The notes under the pieces are model-generated. The model ran no database searches and was not told the origin of the DNA. It worked only from the letters and a program-made list of their open reading frames with translations. The position numbers and the translations under genes are program-made. A stretch of 33,120 nucleotides of DNA from Chiloscyllium plagiosum. Its lineage: Eukaryota. Location of the stretch: NCBI RefSeq assembly GCF_004010195.1, contig NC_057718.1, forward strand, positions 55,047,086 through 55,080,205, written 5' to 3'. Positions 1-11,258 of this stretch are shown here, piece after piece (the first letter of the stretch is position 1; each line of letters begins with the position of its first letter).

Positions 1-138
1 TAAAGACAGCCGTTTCTTTCCCTAAAGGACATCAGCGAACCAGATGCGTTTTTGTAACCATTGATTCATTGTCATCATTAGACTCCTAATTCCAGATATT
101 TATTTAATTCAAATGCCACAACTGCCATGGCAGGATTC
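1..138 (-). mobile_element. Fragment of a shark tRNA-derived SINE (cut by window edge)
   Basis: Resembles a recalled abundant elasmobranch SINE (…tttccctaaaggacatcagcgaaccagatg…ttcaaatgccac…ggattc). Its first bases overlap the end of the related fragment at 17488-17600 (atttccatccctgagg). Confidence 0.5.
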
Positions 139-1466
139 AGGATTTCCACCTGCAGTCAGAATGTCTGAAATAATTGCCTGACATGATTTTTGAAGGAATG
201 CAGGAGTGTGTAATGAGGTTTCGTTAAGAGTTTAGCATCCATTAGACAGTTTCAACAGCTGTGCTCTCGGGAAAACATTGCTTGATTGACACCTCTTGCT
301 CTGTGATCTATTCAGTCAATTGCAGTACACTTATTTACAAAAGATAGAAGTTTAAAGTACTTGTACTTTCTGTAATTGATAATTGATGGATGACAATTTT
401 ATAGTGCTGTAATGAAAGGAGAATATTTTTTATGCCAGTGGAAAGTTATGACTGTTTCTCCACACATTCTACAATTAATATAGGATTTACTGGCTGTTTA
501 TAGAATTTAGAGTGAGTGAATTGACATTGAGGTGGCTTAATGTGCTGTGGAGGCATATGAGGGTCCATGAAGATAGATGGGGTGAGGAGGAGAGGAGACA
601 TCAGCTGGCATGGATGGGACATGGAGATGAGGGCCAGAGAAATGCTTTGTTTTTCTGTTATTACTACACCTGTGACAACTTTTCAGAGTACAGTGGCTTT
701 TAACATAACCTGTCCTAGGTTTCAACTGCTTCTCTGTCTGCCCCTGAATTCTTTCCAGGGGTGGTGGGCCTAACCTTGTTATCACCCACGTCCCCGCGAA
801 GGAAAATCCTGCATTTAATGACTGTTTACCCTGAAGTGGGCGCAAGGAAATTTCCCAACTTGCATTACCCCCTTTAAGATGAAAATCCAACCAATTGTCT
901 CCACATTCAGCATTGATGCAAATATGGAATAATTTTGTATTGATGATAAACTTGTAGGATTAATACACTGTAACAGTTTTCTCCAAAATGATGTACTGCA
1001 GATGTAGGTGTCTTTCAAGTTTCAGCCCTTTCATTTTGTTCTTGTAATAGGATGTAGGTCACATCCAGAATACTTAATCGTTGACTGTTTTATTGTTGAC
1101 TCCCCTGTGATGCTCGTACAGTCATAGTCAGCCAAAAGATAATGGTACTAATGGTATAACTGGAATTGTGACTACAAAGTTGAACATTTTATATACATAA
1201 ACATTTCCGTTTCCAAACCACACAACATTTGATCTATTGTTTCAGGAAGGCCCTGTATGGTTTCCAAATAAATTTATGTAGTATTATTTCAAGACAACAT
1301 GCTTTCAGGTTCAGCGCCAGAAACAGTCCAAATATCACCTAGATGTTAAGTTCTATACTTTTTAACTCTTTCTACTCTAAGGCTGGGATTTTCAGTTCTA
1401 GTTCAGTAACCCAGTCATCAAACCAGTTCTGTGTCCTGACCGCATGACATGTCACACTCTTTCCAA

Positions 1467-1643
1467 ATAGATATGAGCTAATTGATCCTACAGATGGCAG
1501 ATTTTCTTCCCAGGCTCATTTCAGGAGATCAGAAGTGCCTGGCTGGAAGTGGAGGAGGAGGTGAATATTTCCAAAGTAACCAGGAGAACATGGGTCCATC
1601 CTCCAAGCACTTAAATCATCCCATAAGATCCAAGATGGTGAGT
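1467..1643 (+). pseudogene. Probable decayed Myb/SANT-like gene exon of a PIF/Harbinger DNA transposon
   Basis: Frameshifted translation RYELIDPTDGR…EIRSAWLEVEEEVNISKVTRRTWVH resembles the Harbinger-associated Myb/SANT pattern (W.EVA..V…RTW.Q). It ends in a strong donor, ATG|gtgagt, at 1637/1638. Confidence 0.4.
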
Positions 1644-1974
1644 GTCATGGGGCATGACACACATTGTCACAAATGTGTAGTTATATATATTTTGAAAAGA
1701 AAGCTTACCTGTCTTTAAAATGGAAGCACAGAACCTTACAAAGTGGCTCCAAGAAATTACGTGACGACCCTGCCAATTCAGTTGGTATTGGGTCCAAATT
1801 GTAATTATCCCATAAAGACATTATAAGAGACCTTCTGAAATTCAATTAATATTTCCAAAAGTAAGCAAGAACTCCTTGACAATGGTTCCAGTTCCTGTTT
1901 TATCAACAAACTGACAAGTTGAGAACTAATCAGTTAATTACCTTAAATAAATAAAAGACAATTGATGGCCCTTT

Positions 1975-2082
1975 TGTGGCACACTGGTGGTGTCTCTACC
2001 CCTAGACCGGGAGGCCAGGGTTCAAATCTCACCTGCTGTAGTTGTCTGTAATAGACTCTGAACAGTCTGATTAGAAAAATAG
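1975..2082 (+). mobile_element. Short tRNA-derived SINE
   Basis: A-box-like tggcacactgg and B-box ggttcaaatc. The body (cacctgc…tgaacag..tgattagaaaaata) recurs at 29826-29899. Confidence 0.6.
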
Positions 2083-2128
2083 GTTAAATAGAAAGAAGAC
2101 AATTCATTGACCTAAACCCTAGATCTAG

Positions 2129-2872
2129 ATTAGAGTGGTGCTGGAAAAGCACAGCAGTTCAGGCAGCATCCGAGGAGCAATAAAATCAACGTTTCGGGCA
2201 AAAGCTCTCCATCAGGAATACAGACAGAATGCCTGAAGGGTGGAGAGATAAATGAGAGGAGGGTGGGTGTGGGGAGAAAGTAGCATAGAGTACAATAGGT
2301 GAGTGGGGGAGAGGATGAAGGTGATAGGTCAGGGGGAAGGGTGGAGTGGATAGGTGGGAAGGAAGATAGGCAGGTAGGACAGGTCATGAGGACGGTGCTG
2401 GGCTGGAAGGTTGGAACTGGGGTAAGGTGGGGGCAGGGAAAATGAGGAAACTGGTGAAGTCCACATTGATGCCATGGGGTTGGAGGATTCCGAGGCGGAA
2501 GATGAGGCATTCTTCCTCAGGTATCGGGTGGTAAGGGAGTGCTGATGGAGGAGGCCCAGAATCTGCATGTCCTCAGCAGAGTGGGAGGGGAAGTTGAAGT
2601 GTTCAGTCAGGGGGCAGTGGGGTTGGTTGGTGTGGGTGTCCAGGAGATGTTCTCGCGTGGACCTGACCAGGTAGTCACGGAGAAGGCAGAAAGGGATGGG
2701 GAGGGAAATATACCAGGTAGTCACGGAGGTGGCGGAAATGTCGACGGATGATTTGGTTTATGCGAAGGTTGGCAGGGTGGAAGGTGAGCACCCTTCCTTG
2801 TTACGGTTGGAGGGGTGGGGTCTGAGGGTAGAGGTTCATGATGTGGACGAGATGCGTTGGAGGGCATCTTTT
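2129..2872 (-). mobile_element. Penelope-like element 3' fragment, internally deleted, with 19-bp TSD
   Basis: Minus-strand peptide REHLLDTHTNQPHCPLTEHFNFPSHSAEDMQILGLLH matches the C-terminal part of PLE GIY-YIG endonucleases. Homologous to 30745-31330. Flanked by acctaaaccctagatctag (2110-2128) and acctaagccctagatctag (2873-2891). Confidence 0.88.
2186..2217 (-). ncRNA. Degenerate minimal hammerhead ribozyme motif (family 1)
   Basis: Minus strand reads tc-CTGATGG-agagc-tttt-gccc-GAAA-CGTT-ga. Core A9 is mutated to G and stem II has a mismatch. Confidence 0.6.
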
Positions 2873-2956
2873 ACCTAAGCCCTAGATCTAGGCTAACCAA
2901 ATATCTACATGGAAGCATGATTTGACAGTTTTGTCAAATACCAGTCTATAATGTTT

Positions 2957-4022
2957 AGAGACAAAAAAATCTGCAGATGCTAGAATCCAAAGTAGACAAA
3001 CAGGAGGCTGGAAGAACGTAGTAAACCAGGCAGCATCAGGATTTGGAGAAGTCAACCTTTTTTGGGTATAACCCTTCTTCAGGACTAGGTGTGCAGGTAA
3101 GGGGAGCTACAGTTAAAGAGAGAGAGATGGTCATGGGATGGGGAAAGTAGCAGAATGGTGGGGTAGTGATGAACACAGGTAATGGGTATGATCGGGTTGG
3201 TCGATGGGAGGGATGAATCTGGTTGGTAGCTGGAAGGAAGGGTCGGTAGGTGGAATGGAAGGGAGGTAGTGGGGCTGGAAAGGGAGCCCGGGATGAGTGG
3301 GAAGGTTACTTGAAATTCAAGAATTCAGTGTTAAGTCCTTTGGGCTGTAAGCTGCCCAGGCGGAAGATGAGGTGTTGTTCCTCCAATTTACAGTCTTATT
3401 CACTGCGGCAATGGAGGAGGCCGAGAATGGACATGTGGGAGGGGGAATTGAAATGGGTGGTAACCAGGAGGTCAGGCTGGGTGTTTCAGGCCCGGTGAAG
3501 ATGCACAGTGAAATGATCATGTAGTCTACATTGGGTCTCACCAATGTAGAGAAGACCACATTAGAGCACTGGATGCAGTAGACTGGGTTGGAGGAGATAT
3601 AGGGTGAACCTCTGTCTCACCTGGAAGACTGTACAGGACCCTGGATAGAGGTGAGGGAGGTAGTTATGGGCAGGTATTGCATCTTGTTTGCTTACAGGGG
3701 AAGGTACCATTAGGCTGCAGAGGTTGGTGAGGTGTGTGGAACAAACTAGGGAGTGGTGAAGAGAACAGTCCTTGCAGAAGTCAGAGGAGGGTGGGGAGGG
3801 GAAGATGTTCTTGGTGGTGGGGTCTAATTGGAGTTGGTCGAAGTGTTTGAGAACATTACGTTGGATGTGGAGGCTGGTGGAGAGTGGAAAGTGAGGACAA
3901 GGGGGATCCTATCTTTATTATATTTGAAATGGGGATGGGATTTAGAGGAGTGGAGTGGAGAATAGAGTAGGTACAGTGGAGAGCTGGATGACAGAAGGAG
4001 GATAAAGACGTTGTTTGAAATA
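2957..4022 (-). mobile_element. Older Penelope-like element 3' fragment (different subfamily)
   Basis: Collinear with 2129-2872 (ggcggaagatgaggtgttgttcctcc, ggaggaggccgagaatggacatgt) and has a similar terminus (ctgcagatgct…aggcagcatc). Many stops. Confidence 0.8.
3051..3084 (-). ncRNA. Inactivated hammerhead-like motif
   Basis: Minus strand reads CTGAAGA-agggt-tat-accc-AAAAAA-ggttgac. The GAAA box is lost, but the motif sits at the same position as in the other PLE termini. Confidence 0.45.
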
Positions 4023-4957
4023 GATTGTAAGTTTCAAAACAAATCTCTCTGCCACCTATCCAAAAGTAGATTGTTATTTATTTTTTCCCCCTCTTTTAAG
4101 CAGTTTGGATATACTTCCCTTACTCCTGCTGCTTATGAGTTCTGATTTTGCAAGGACTACAGGAACACTGCAGTAAAGTTAAGCCACACACGCTTAGATG
4201 GAGGGGAAATCTCCCGACACAAGCACAATATAAACATACAATGAAATGTAAAAATCAGAACAGATAAAGAGAGTAAACAATTAGTAACAATTTAAATACT
4301 GTAAAACTGAGGGGTACCAAGTTATCAATGTTTTTACTTTTAGGATGCAGTCCACAGGTCCAAAGTTGTAATTCCTTTAAAGTGGTGAATTGATTGGTTA
4401 GCTAGCACTTGAGGAGTACAGAATCTTCTCTTTAACATTTCTTCAAAAGACTTTATAACAAGTTTTGTTGAAATATGACTTCCATTTTACTGTTTTGGCA
4501 AAGGGAGGTTTTTACTTCCAGGTTGCACAAATACAGATTAGTGGCTAATTTTTACAGGCCAGAGGCTTTTTATTCCCTTTACAGCCTGAAGCTAAGGATG
4601 TTGACTTTTTCAGTAAATGTTTTATGGAACAGCACTAACTGCTAAATTGCCTGCTATTTCAAAATTCTAGTTAAAAGGCTGTTGGGTTTAATACTGTGGA
4701 AGTCATATGAGCAAATACCTGGGGAAGGATTAGCAGATAACCAACTGTCTATGACCCATTCTAGTGGTTGTGGAAAGACATTAACACATTTTGTTGTAGG
4801 ATAACTGTAACCTGCCAATTCTGTTATGTGAGGTGCTTTTCCATAGGACATTACAACACATTTATTAGCATTCCAGACCTATCAGGCAGTACACAATGTT
4901 GATTGTCTGGCTGACATTGACTTTGGAGAAGCTTCTAGAAGGTTGCTTTTCAAATTG

Positions 4958-5420
4958 ATTCATTCGTCGGGCTTGGGCATTGCTAGCTGGCCTGCATTTA
5001 TTGCCCATCCCTAGTTGCAATTGGAAAGATGATGGTGAGCTGTCTTCTTGAACTGATGCAGTCCCTGTGCTGTGGGTTGGATGCCATTATGGAAGGAATG
5101 CCATTATGGAAGGAATTCCAAGATTTTGACCCAGTGACAGTGAAGGAATGACAATATATTTCCAAGTCAGGATGGTGAATGGCTTGCAGGGGGATTTGTA
5201 GATGGTAGTGTTCCCAGGTATTTACTGCCCTTGTCCTACTAGGTGGAAGCGTTTGTAGATTTGGAAGGTGCTGTCCACCTTGTAGATAGTACACAATGCT
5301 ATTACTGAATCTTAGAGGTGGAGACTGATGGATGCTTATAGGTAAAATGGTAATCAAACTGGTTACTTTATCGTGGATTGCATCAAGCTTCTTGAGTGTT
5401 ATTGGAGGCAAGTGGAGAAT
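4958..5420 (-). mobile_element. 3' end of a CR1/L2-group LINE (family B)
   Basis: Peptide TLKKLDAIHDK…HHPDLEIYCHSFTVTGSKSWNSF plus tail ctagggatgggcaataaatgc. Homologous to 10580-11258. Confidence 0.8.
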
Positions 5421-5518
5421 TTCAAGTCAGAGCACTGGCTATGTTAAATCAGAGATTGTGAATTCAAATCTTACGGGCCCCCATTCTGCTTTACCATGGA
5501 ACACATAGAGTGTAGCCT

Positions 5519-5550
5519 TCCTGAAGAAGGGCTTATGCCCGAAATGTCGA
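5519..5550 (+). ncRNA. Minimal hammerhead ribozyme motif (family 1)
   Basis: tc-CTGAAGA-a-gggc-ttat-gccc-GAAA-TGTC-ga. The CUGANGA and GAAA boxes, a 4-bp stem II and the GUC cleavage triplet are intact. Stem III AACGT has become AATGT, consistent with CpG decay. Confidence 0.7.
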
Positions 5551-5643
5551 TTCTCCTGTTCCCTGGTTGCTGCCTGACCTGCTGCGCTTTTCCAGCAACA
5601 CATTTTCAGCTCTGATCTCCAGCATCTGCAGACCTCACTTTCT
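5520..5643 (+). mobile_element. 124-bp Penelope-derived mini-insertion (hammerhead + terminus) with 19-bp TSD
   Basis: Matches the PLE termini at 2130-2217 and 30755-30838. Flanked by acacatagagtgtagcctt (5501-5519) and acacatagagtatagcctt (5644-5662). Confidence 0.85.
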
Positions 5644-5689
5644 ACACATAGAGTATAGCCTTGTTGAGAGGGAAATGGAGAAGATAACT

Positions 5690-6960
5690 GAACACTTGGA
5701 AAAACAAAGCTCAACTCATTAGTGTCAGCATGGTTTTATGAAGGACAAGCCATACTTGACAAACCTGCTAGAGTTCTTTGAGGATGGAACCAGCAGGGTG
5801 GATAATGGGCATCCGGTGGATGTGGTATATCAGGATTTCCAAAAGGCATGTGAGAGGGTGCCAAATAAAAAAATCTGATCCAGAATGTTAGATCCTAGGC
5901 AATTAGGGGTAAAGTATTGGCTTGAGTAAAGGATTGTCTGACTGAAAGAAAGCAGAGGTTCGGATTAAATGGATCCTTCTGTGGATGACGACCTGTAACT
6001 AGTAGGTTGCTACAGGTTTCAGTTCTTTGACCTCAACTATTACAATCTATATAAATGATCTGCAAACAGGGACAGCGTGTAACATAACAAAATTTGCAGA
6101 TGATACTGAAATAGTTTGGAAAGTAGGCTGTGATGTGGATATAAAGAGTTTACAGATGGATATTGATAGGCTAGGAGAATGGTCTAATATCTGGCAGATG
6201 GACTTTAATGTGGATAACTGTGAGGTTATCCATTTTGACCAAAAAAATGGGCAAATTATTATTCAATTGGAAAGCAGATTCAAAGTGTGTCAGTGCAGAG
6301 AGATCTGGGTGTCATTATGCATGAATTGCAGAAAGTGGGTATGCAGGTGTAGCCTATAATAAGAAAGGCAAATTGAAACTTGGCATTTATTGCAAAAGGA
6401 CTGGATTATAACAGTAAAGGAGTGCTATAATTATATACGGCATTGGCGAGACCACATCTGGAGTAATGTGTCCAGTTTTCATCTCCTTGCTTGAGGAACA
6501 GTGTGGTGGTACTGGAGGCAGTTCAGAGGACATTCATCAGGTTGATTCCAGGAATGCTATATGAAGAGTGGTTAAATACCTCGGGCTTGTACTCACTGGA
6601 GCACAGAAGAATAAGGGACCATCTGATTAAGGTATGTAAAATACTAAAGGGGATTTATCAGGTGGATGTTGAATAGATGTTCCACTTGTGGGACAGTCTA
6701 GAACAAGAGATCATAGAGAGGACATAGGTTCAAAATTGAGATGAGGAGAAACTACTCTTCTCAAAAGTTTGTGAATCTGTAGAACTCACTGCTCCAGAGT
6801 GCAGTGGAGGCATAATCAAGAAATAAATTGATATGTTTCTGACGAAAAGTGGGATAAAGGGCTGTGGGGAGCAGTCAGGAAAGTAGAGTTGAGATCAGGA
6901 TAAGATCAGCCATAATTGGCAGACCAGGCTCAAAGGGCCGAATTACCGACTCCCAGTCCT
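5690..6960 (+). mobile_element. CR1 LINE, RT domain to 3' tail, decayed
   Basis: Motifs QHGFMK, IYINDL, ITKFADDTEI, RPHLE, LEAVQR, and a 3' tail gatcagccat…gggccgaattaccgactcc. Confidence 0.9.
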
Positions 6961-7049
6961 GAAACTTGATGGCGAAGAACTGTTTCTACTTGTTAGATTC
7001 AAACTTAGGTATTCCAAAGAAGATTCAACAGGTCGACAATGTGTATGAA

Positions 7050-7608
7050 GGGATTTTCTTATAAGGACAAGCTGGGGGCTGATTCTGTTGAAATTTAGAG
7101 GATTGAGATGAGACTTTATTGATGCAATTAAGATTCTTGTGGAGCTTTGATGTGGAGGTGCTGGTGTTGGGACTGGGGTGGACAAAGTTAAAAGTCACAC
7201 AACACCAGGTAACAGTACAACAGGTTTATTTGGCAGTACTAGTTTTCAGAGCACTGCTCCTTTCATCAGGTAATTTGGGGAGCTTGACATGGTAGTTTTG
7301 GAGAATTTGTTTACTCTTGTGGGTGAGTCTAGCACCAAACAGCGCAATCTTAGAATGAGGGGTTACCCATCTAAGCTAGAGATGACGGGAGTGAAACTGT
7401 GAAATTCTTTACTGCAGAGGGATGTCAAAGCTGTTTGTTAAGTATATTCAAGGCTAAGATAGATAGATTTCTAATCAATAACGGAATCAAGATATGGAGT
7501 TAAGACAGGAAAGTGAAGTTGAAGACTATTAGATAAGCCATGATCTCAAAGAATGCCAGAGTAGACTTAACAGGTTGAATGACCTACTTCTGCTCCTCCA
7601 TCTTATGG
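7050..7608 (+). mobile_element. CR1 LINE 3' fragment, interrupted at 7148-7272
   Basis: Collinear with other CR1 ends in the window (tttagaggattgagatgagac…agataagccatgatctc…gaatgacctacttctgctcc). Confidence 0.8.
7148..7272 (-). mobile_element. ~125-bp hammerhead-containing mini-element (family 2) nested in CR1
   Basis: Reverse complement of 27324-27446. Contains tac-CTGATGA-aa-ggagc-agt-gctct-GAAA-acta-gta at 7237-7272. Possible TSD ttgtggagctt (7137-7147) / ttggggagctt (7275-7285). Confidence 0.8.
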
Positions 7609-10098
7609 AATAGTGGAACTGATCACAGCACTGTGGTCCAGAGTGCATTTCTAGTTAAATGGAGGCACAGTTAGGGGAGTGGATACATTTTGCTGCAGCA
7701 GAGACAGAGGGTCACAAAGGCTGCATTGTCTACCTGGTATTCCGATTTAAGAGATCTCTTCTGAACCTAGACTAGGAAGGTAACGATCCAGTTGTTGTGC
7801 TCCTTTAGGTACCAACAACATAGATAGGACTAGGGAGGCAGTTCTACTGAGAGACCATGAGTTACTTGAGATTAAGTTAAAAAGCAGAAGTAGAAAGGTA
7901 AAAATCTCTGCATTACTACCTCAACTACATGCAAATTGACACAGGGTAAATAAGATTAGAGAGGTTAATGCATGGCTGAAATCTCAGCATGGGAGAAATG
8001 GGTTTTGATTCACAAACAACGAGCATTAGTGTTGGGGAAAGAGAGAACTGTTCCATTAGGATGAATTTCAATAGAATAATGTTGGTCCCAGTATCTTGGC
8101 AAATTATACAATTAGGTTTGTAGATAGTGCTTTAAACTAATTAGGTAGTGGAACTATTTGTCTAAATATTCCAGAACTCACGAGATTCCCAAAGGGTTCT
8201 AGCCAATTGGAAATCTCCCTGTTCAAGAAGGGAGAGGGCTGGAATACTAGGCCAGTTAGCCAGTCATCTGTTGATGGGAAAATGCTAGTATGGGTAGAGT
8301 TCAATTGAAGGAAAGTTTAAAAACATCAAAACAAAACAAGAGAGCAGAGGTGAAGATGTGAATGGGAATCCAAGTATGACGGGAAGGGATAGAAAATATA
8401 TGCTGCAGCAGAAATTAGTACCCAAGAAAGTAAAAATGGTAAAAAGACAAAGCATAAATCTCTTTATCTGAATGTACACAATTTTTGAGATGGGTGAGTT
8501 GATGTCACAAATAGAAGTAACAAATGAATTGCTGGCTATTTTGGAGATGTCAGAAGGTGATCAATACTGAACATTAAAGGTATTCAGTATTCTGTAAGAA
8601 TAGGCATAAAGGAAAAGGAGGTATGGTAGGTTTGCATAAAGGATTGCATCAATGTATTGAAGAGTAGCAAAGTAAATGCAATAGATCATGAGGTAGAGTG
8701 AGTTTGGGTGGAATCAGAATAGCAAGGGAAATTGGTAGTGCGTGGGAGTTGTCCATAGGCCTCCAAAGCATTGCCTCTCAGCCGGACAAAGTATAAATAA
8801 CTTAAAAATAATAGAGGTGTGTAAGGAGGACTGTACAATTTTCATAGGTGATTTTAATCTGCATATTCACTGGATAAGTCAAATGGGCCAGAATAACATG
8901 GAAGACGAATATCTACAGTGCATCAGGGATTGTTTCTTAGAGCAGTATGTTACATATAAAATAGTATATACAGCAGTATACTGACCCGGTAACAGGCTAT
9001 TTTAGATGTTGTAATGCATAATAAGTTCGGAATCATGAAATCTCATAGTTAAGGATCATGTAGGTGTTAGCCATTACAACATGATAGAGTTTCATATTCT
9101 GTGTGAGGGAGAGGAACTTGGGTCTCAAACTAGTGTCCTCAGCTTAAATAAGGGCAATTATAAGGTATGAAGAAACAGTTGGCTAAATGGGCTGAGGAAG
9201 TAGACTAAGGGAAAGTTAGTTAATGATCACCAGCAGATGTTGAATCAGCGTAAAAGTTTATCTCTGTCAAAAAGGACTATATGAGAAGAATGAACCAACC
9301 ACCCGTGATCAACAAAGGCAATCAAGGTGAGTATCCAGTCAAAAACCTAAGAGATTCCAAGTGGCAAAAACTAGTGGTAGGTCAGAGGTTTGGACATTTT
9401 TAGGAACTAACAGCAGATAACTAAAAGGCTAACAAAGAGGGAGAAAATTGAATTTGAAGAAAAAAAACAGATAATGGGAGGAAAGCTCTTGTAACAATCC
9501 ATCACAAGGGACAAAATATTTGACAAACTAATGGAACTAAAGGCAGACAGATGTCCAGGACCTCATGACCCGCACCGAAAGGTTTTAAGGAAGTGGATGA
9601 AGAGATGGTGGAACTATTTGTCTAAATACTCCAGAACTCACGAGATTCCCGAAGGGTTCTAGCCAATTGGAAATCTGCTGATGTATCCCCTGTTCAAGAA
9701 GGGAGAGGGACTGGAAGCAGTAAACGATAGGCTAGTTAGCCAGTCATCTGTTGATGGGAAAGTGCTAGTCAATTATGAGGGAAGAAATAGAAGGAAATTT
9801 AGAAATGCTTAACACTGTCAAACAGAGTCAATATGGTTTTATGAAAGGAAAATCATGTTTATCAAATTAGCTTGAGTTGTTTGAGAATATAAAAAACATA
9901 ACTGGTAAAGGGTAACTGATAAATGTTGTATATTAGGATTTTCAGAAGGCATTTGATAATGTGTGATATAGAAGGTTGCTGCACAAGATAGGAGCTCACT
10001 GTACTGGGGGTGACATATTAACATGGCTTGAGAATTTGTTAACACACAGTAGACAAACATTTGGGATTATTGGGTCATTTTCAAGTTGTAAAGATATA

Positions 10099-10317
10099 CA
10101 TAGTCCTCCTGTACCTGCGGGGGATATGTTACAAGACCTACGTGGAAACATGAAATCGAAGATAGTAACAAACCCATTCATTTAAATGGGAAATTTACCT
10201 TCCCAGCAGCCCTCGGTCCGTGGTTCTGGAATGTTCCCTGTAATATGTTTGGGCTGCAGTAAACCATGGATAACTGAAACAGCGGAAACCGATTCCACAG
10301 ATACAGTGGTCACCATG
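10099..10317. mobile_element. Tigger/pogo-like (Tc1-mariner) MITE, 219 bp
   Basis: TA on both sides (10097-98, 10318-19). Imperfect TIRs catagtcctcctgtacctgcgg / ccacagatacagtggtcaccatg. It interrupts the CR1 just before the GVPQGS motif. Confidence 0.75.
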
Positions 10318-10579
10318 TAATTATTGGAGTGCCACAAGGATCAGACCTAAGGTCTCAATTATTTATTATCTAAAGTTATAAACTGGAGCAGGAGACAGAC
10401 TGGAATGAATGCAGATTTGCTGATAATACATAAATAGGTCAAAGGATGTTGTGACATTAGGAATCTACAAGGGGATATAGATAGGTTGATTGAGTGAGTG
10501 AATGGAGTTTAGCATAGGAAGTTGGAAGGTCATGTAGTTTGGTGGGAGTAATCAAAAGTCAGACTATTATTTAAATGGA

Positions 10580-11258
10580 ATCCCCCACTATCAACATCCT
10601 GCGGGATACCATTAACCAGAAACTCAACTAGACTTGCCACATAAACACAGTGGCTACAAGAACAGGTCAGAGATTATGAATACTGAGGCAAGTAACTCAC
10701 CTCCTGACTCCCCAAAGTTTGTCCATCATCTACAAGGTACAAGTCAGGAGTGTGATGGAATATACCCACTTGCCTGGATGGATGCAGCTCCAACAGCACT
10801 CAAGAAGCTGGACACCTTCCGGGACAAAGCAGCCTTCTTAATTAGTACTATATCCACAAGTATGCACTGCCTCCATCACTAAAGCTCAGTAGCAGCAGTG
10901 CATATTAGCTACAAGATACACGGCAGAAATTCACAAAGGTCCTTAGACAGCACCATCAAAGCCATAACCACTTCTATCTGGAAGGGCAAACACAGCAGAT
11001 ACATGGGAACACAGCCACCTTCAAGTTTCCATCCAAGTCGTTCACCATCCTGTCTTGAAAATATATTGCCATTCCTTCACTGTCGCTGGGTCAAAATCCT
11101 GGAATTCCCAAAATCCTGTAATTGTAGGTCAACCCACAATAGGTGGATCACGATGATCAAGAAGGCAGCTCACCATCACCTTCTCAATGACAGCTAGGGA
11201 TGGGCAACAAATGCTGGCCAGCTAATAACACCCCCATCCCACAAATGAATTAAGAAAA
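10580..11258 (+). mobile_element. Family B LINE 3' fragment nested in CR1
   Basis: Peptide PLAWMDAAPTALKKLDTFRDKAAFLI…LHH and tail ctagggatgggcaacaaatgctggcc…A-rich end. The host CR1 resumes on both sides (tatttaaatgga | agattccaaac). Confidence 0.85.

Noticed and set aside
846..855. Palindromic Rel/NF-kB-like site GGAAATTTCC
   Set aside because: A single 10-mer with no supporting promoter context.
4026..4855. Possible solo LTR (TGTAA…TTACA ends)
   Set aside because: Only 5-bp inverted ends, no matching TSD and no second copy in the window.
4718..4877. Minus-strand open frame VWNANKCVV…SANPSP with AG/GT borders
   Set aside because: Weak acceptor, unrecognised peptide, and phase incompatible with the candidate exon at 1709-1834.
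5081..5116. 17-bp tandem duplication atgccattatggaagga
   Set aside because: Ordinary slippage inside a dead LINE; two units without spacers, not an array.
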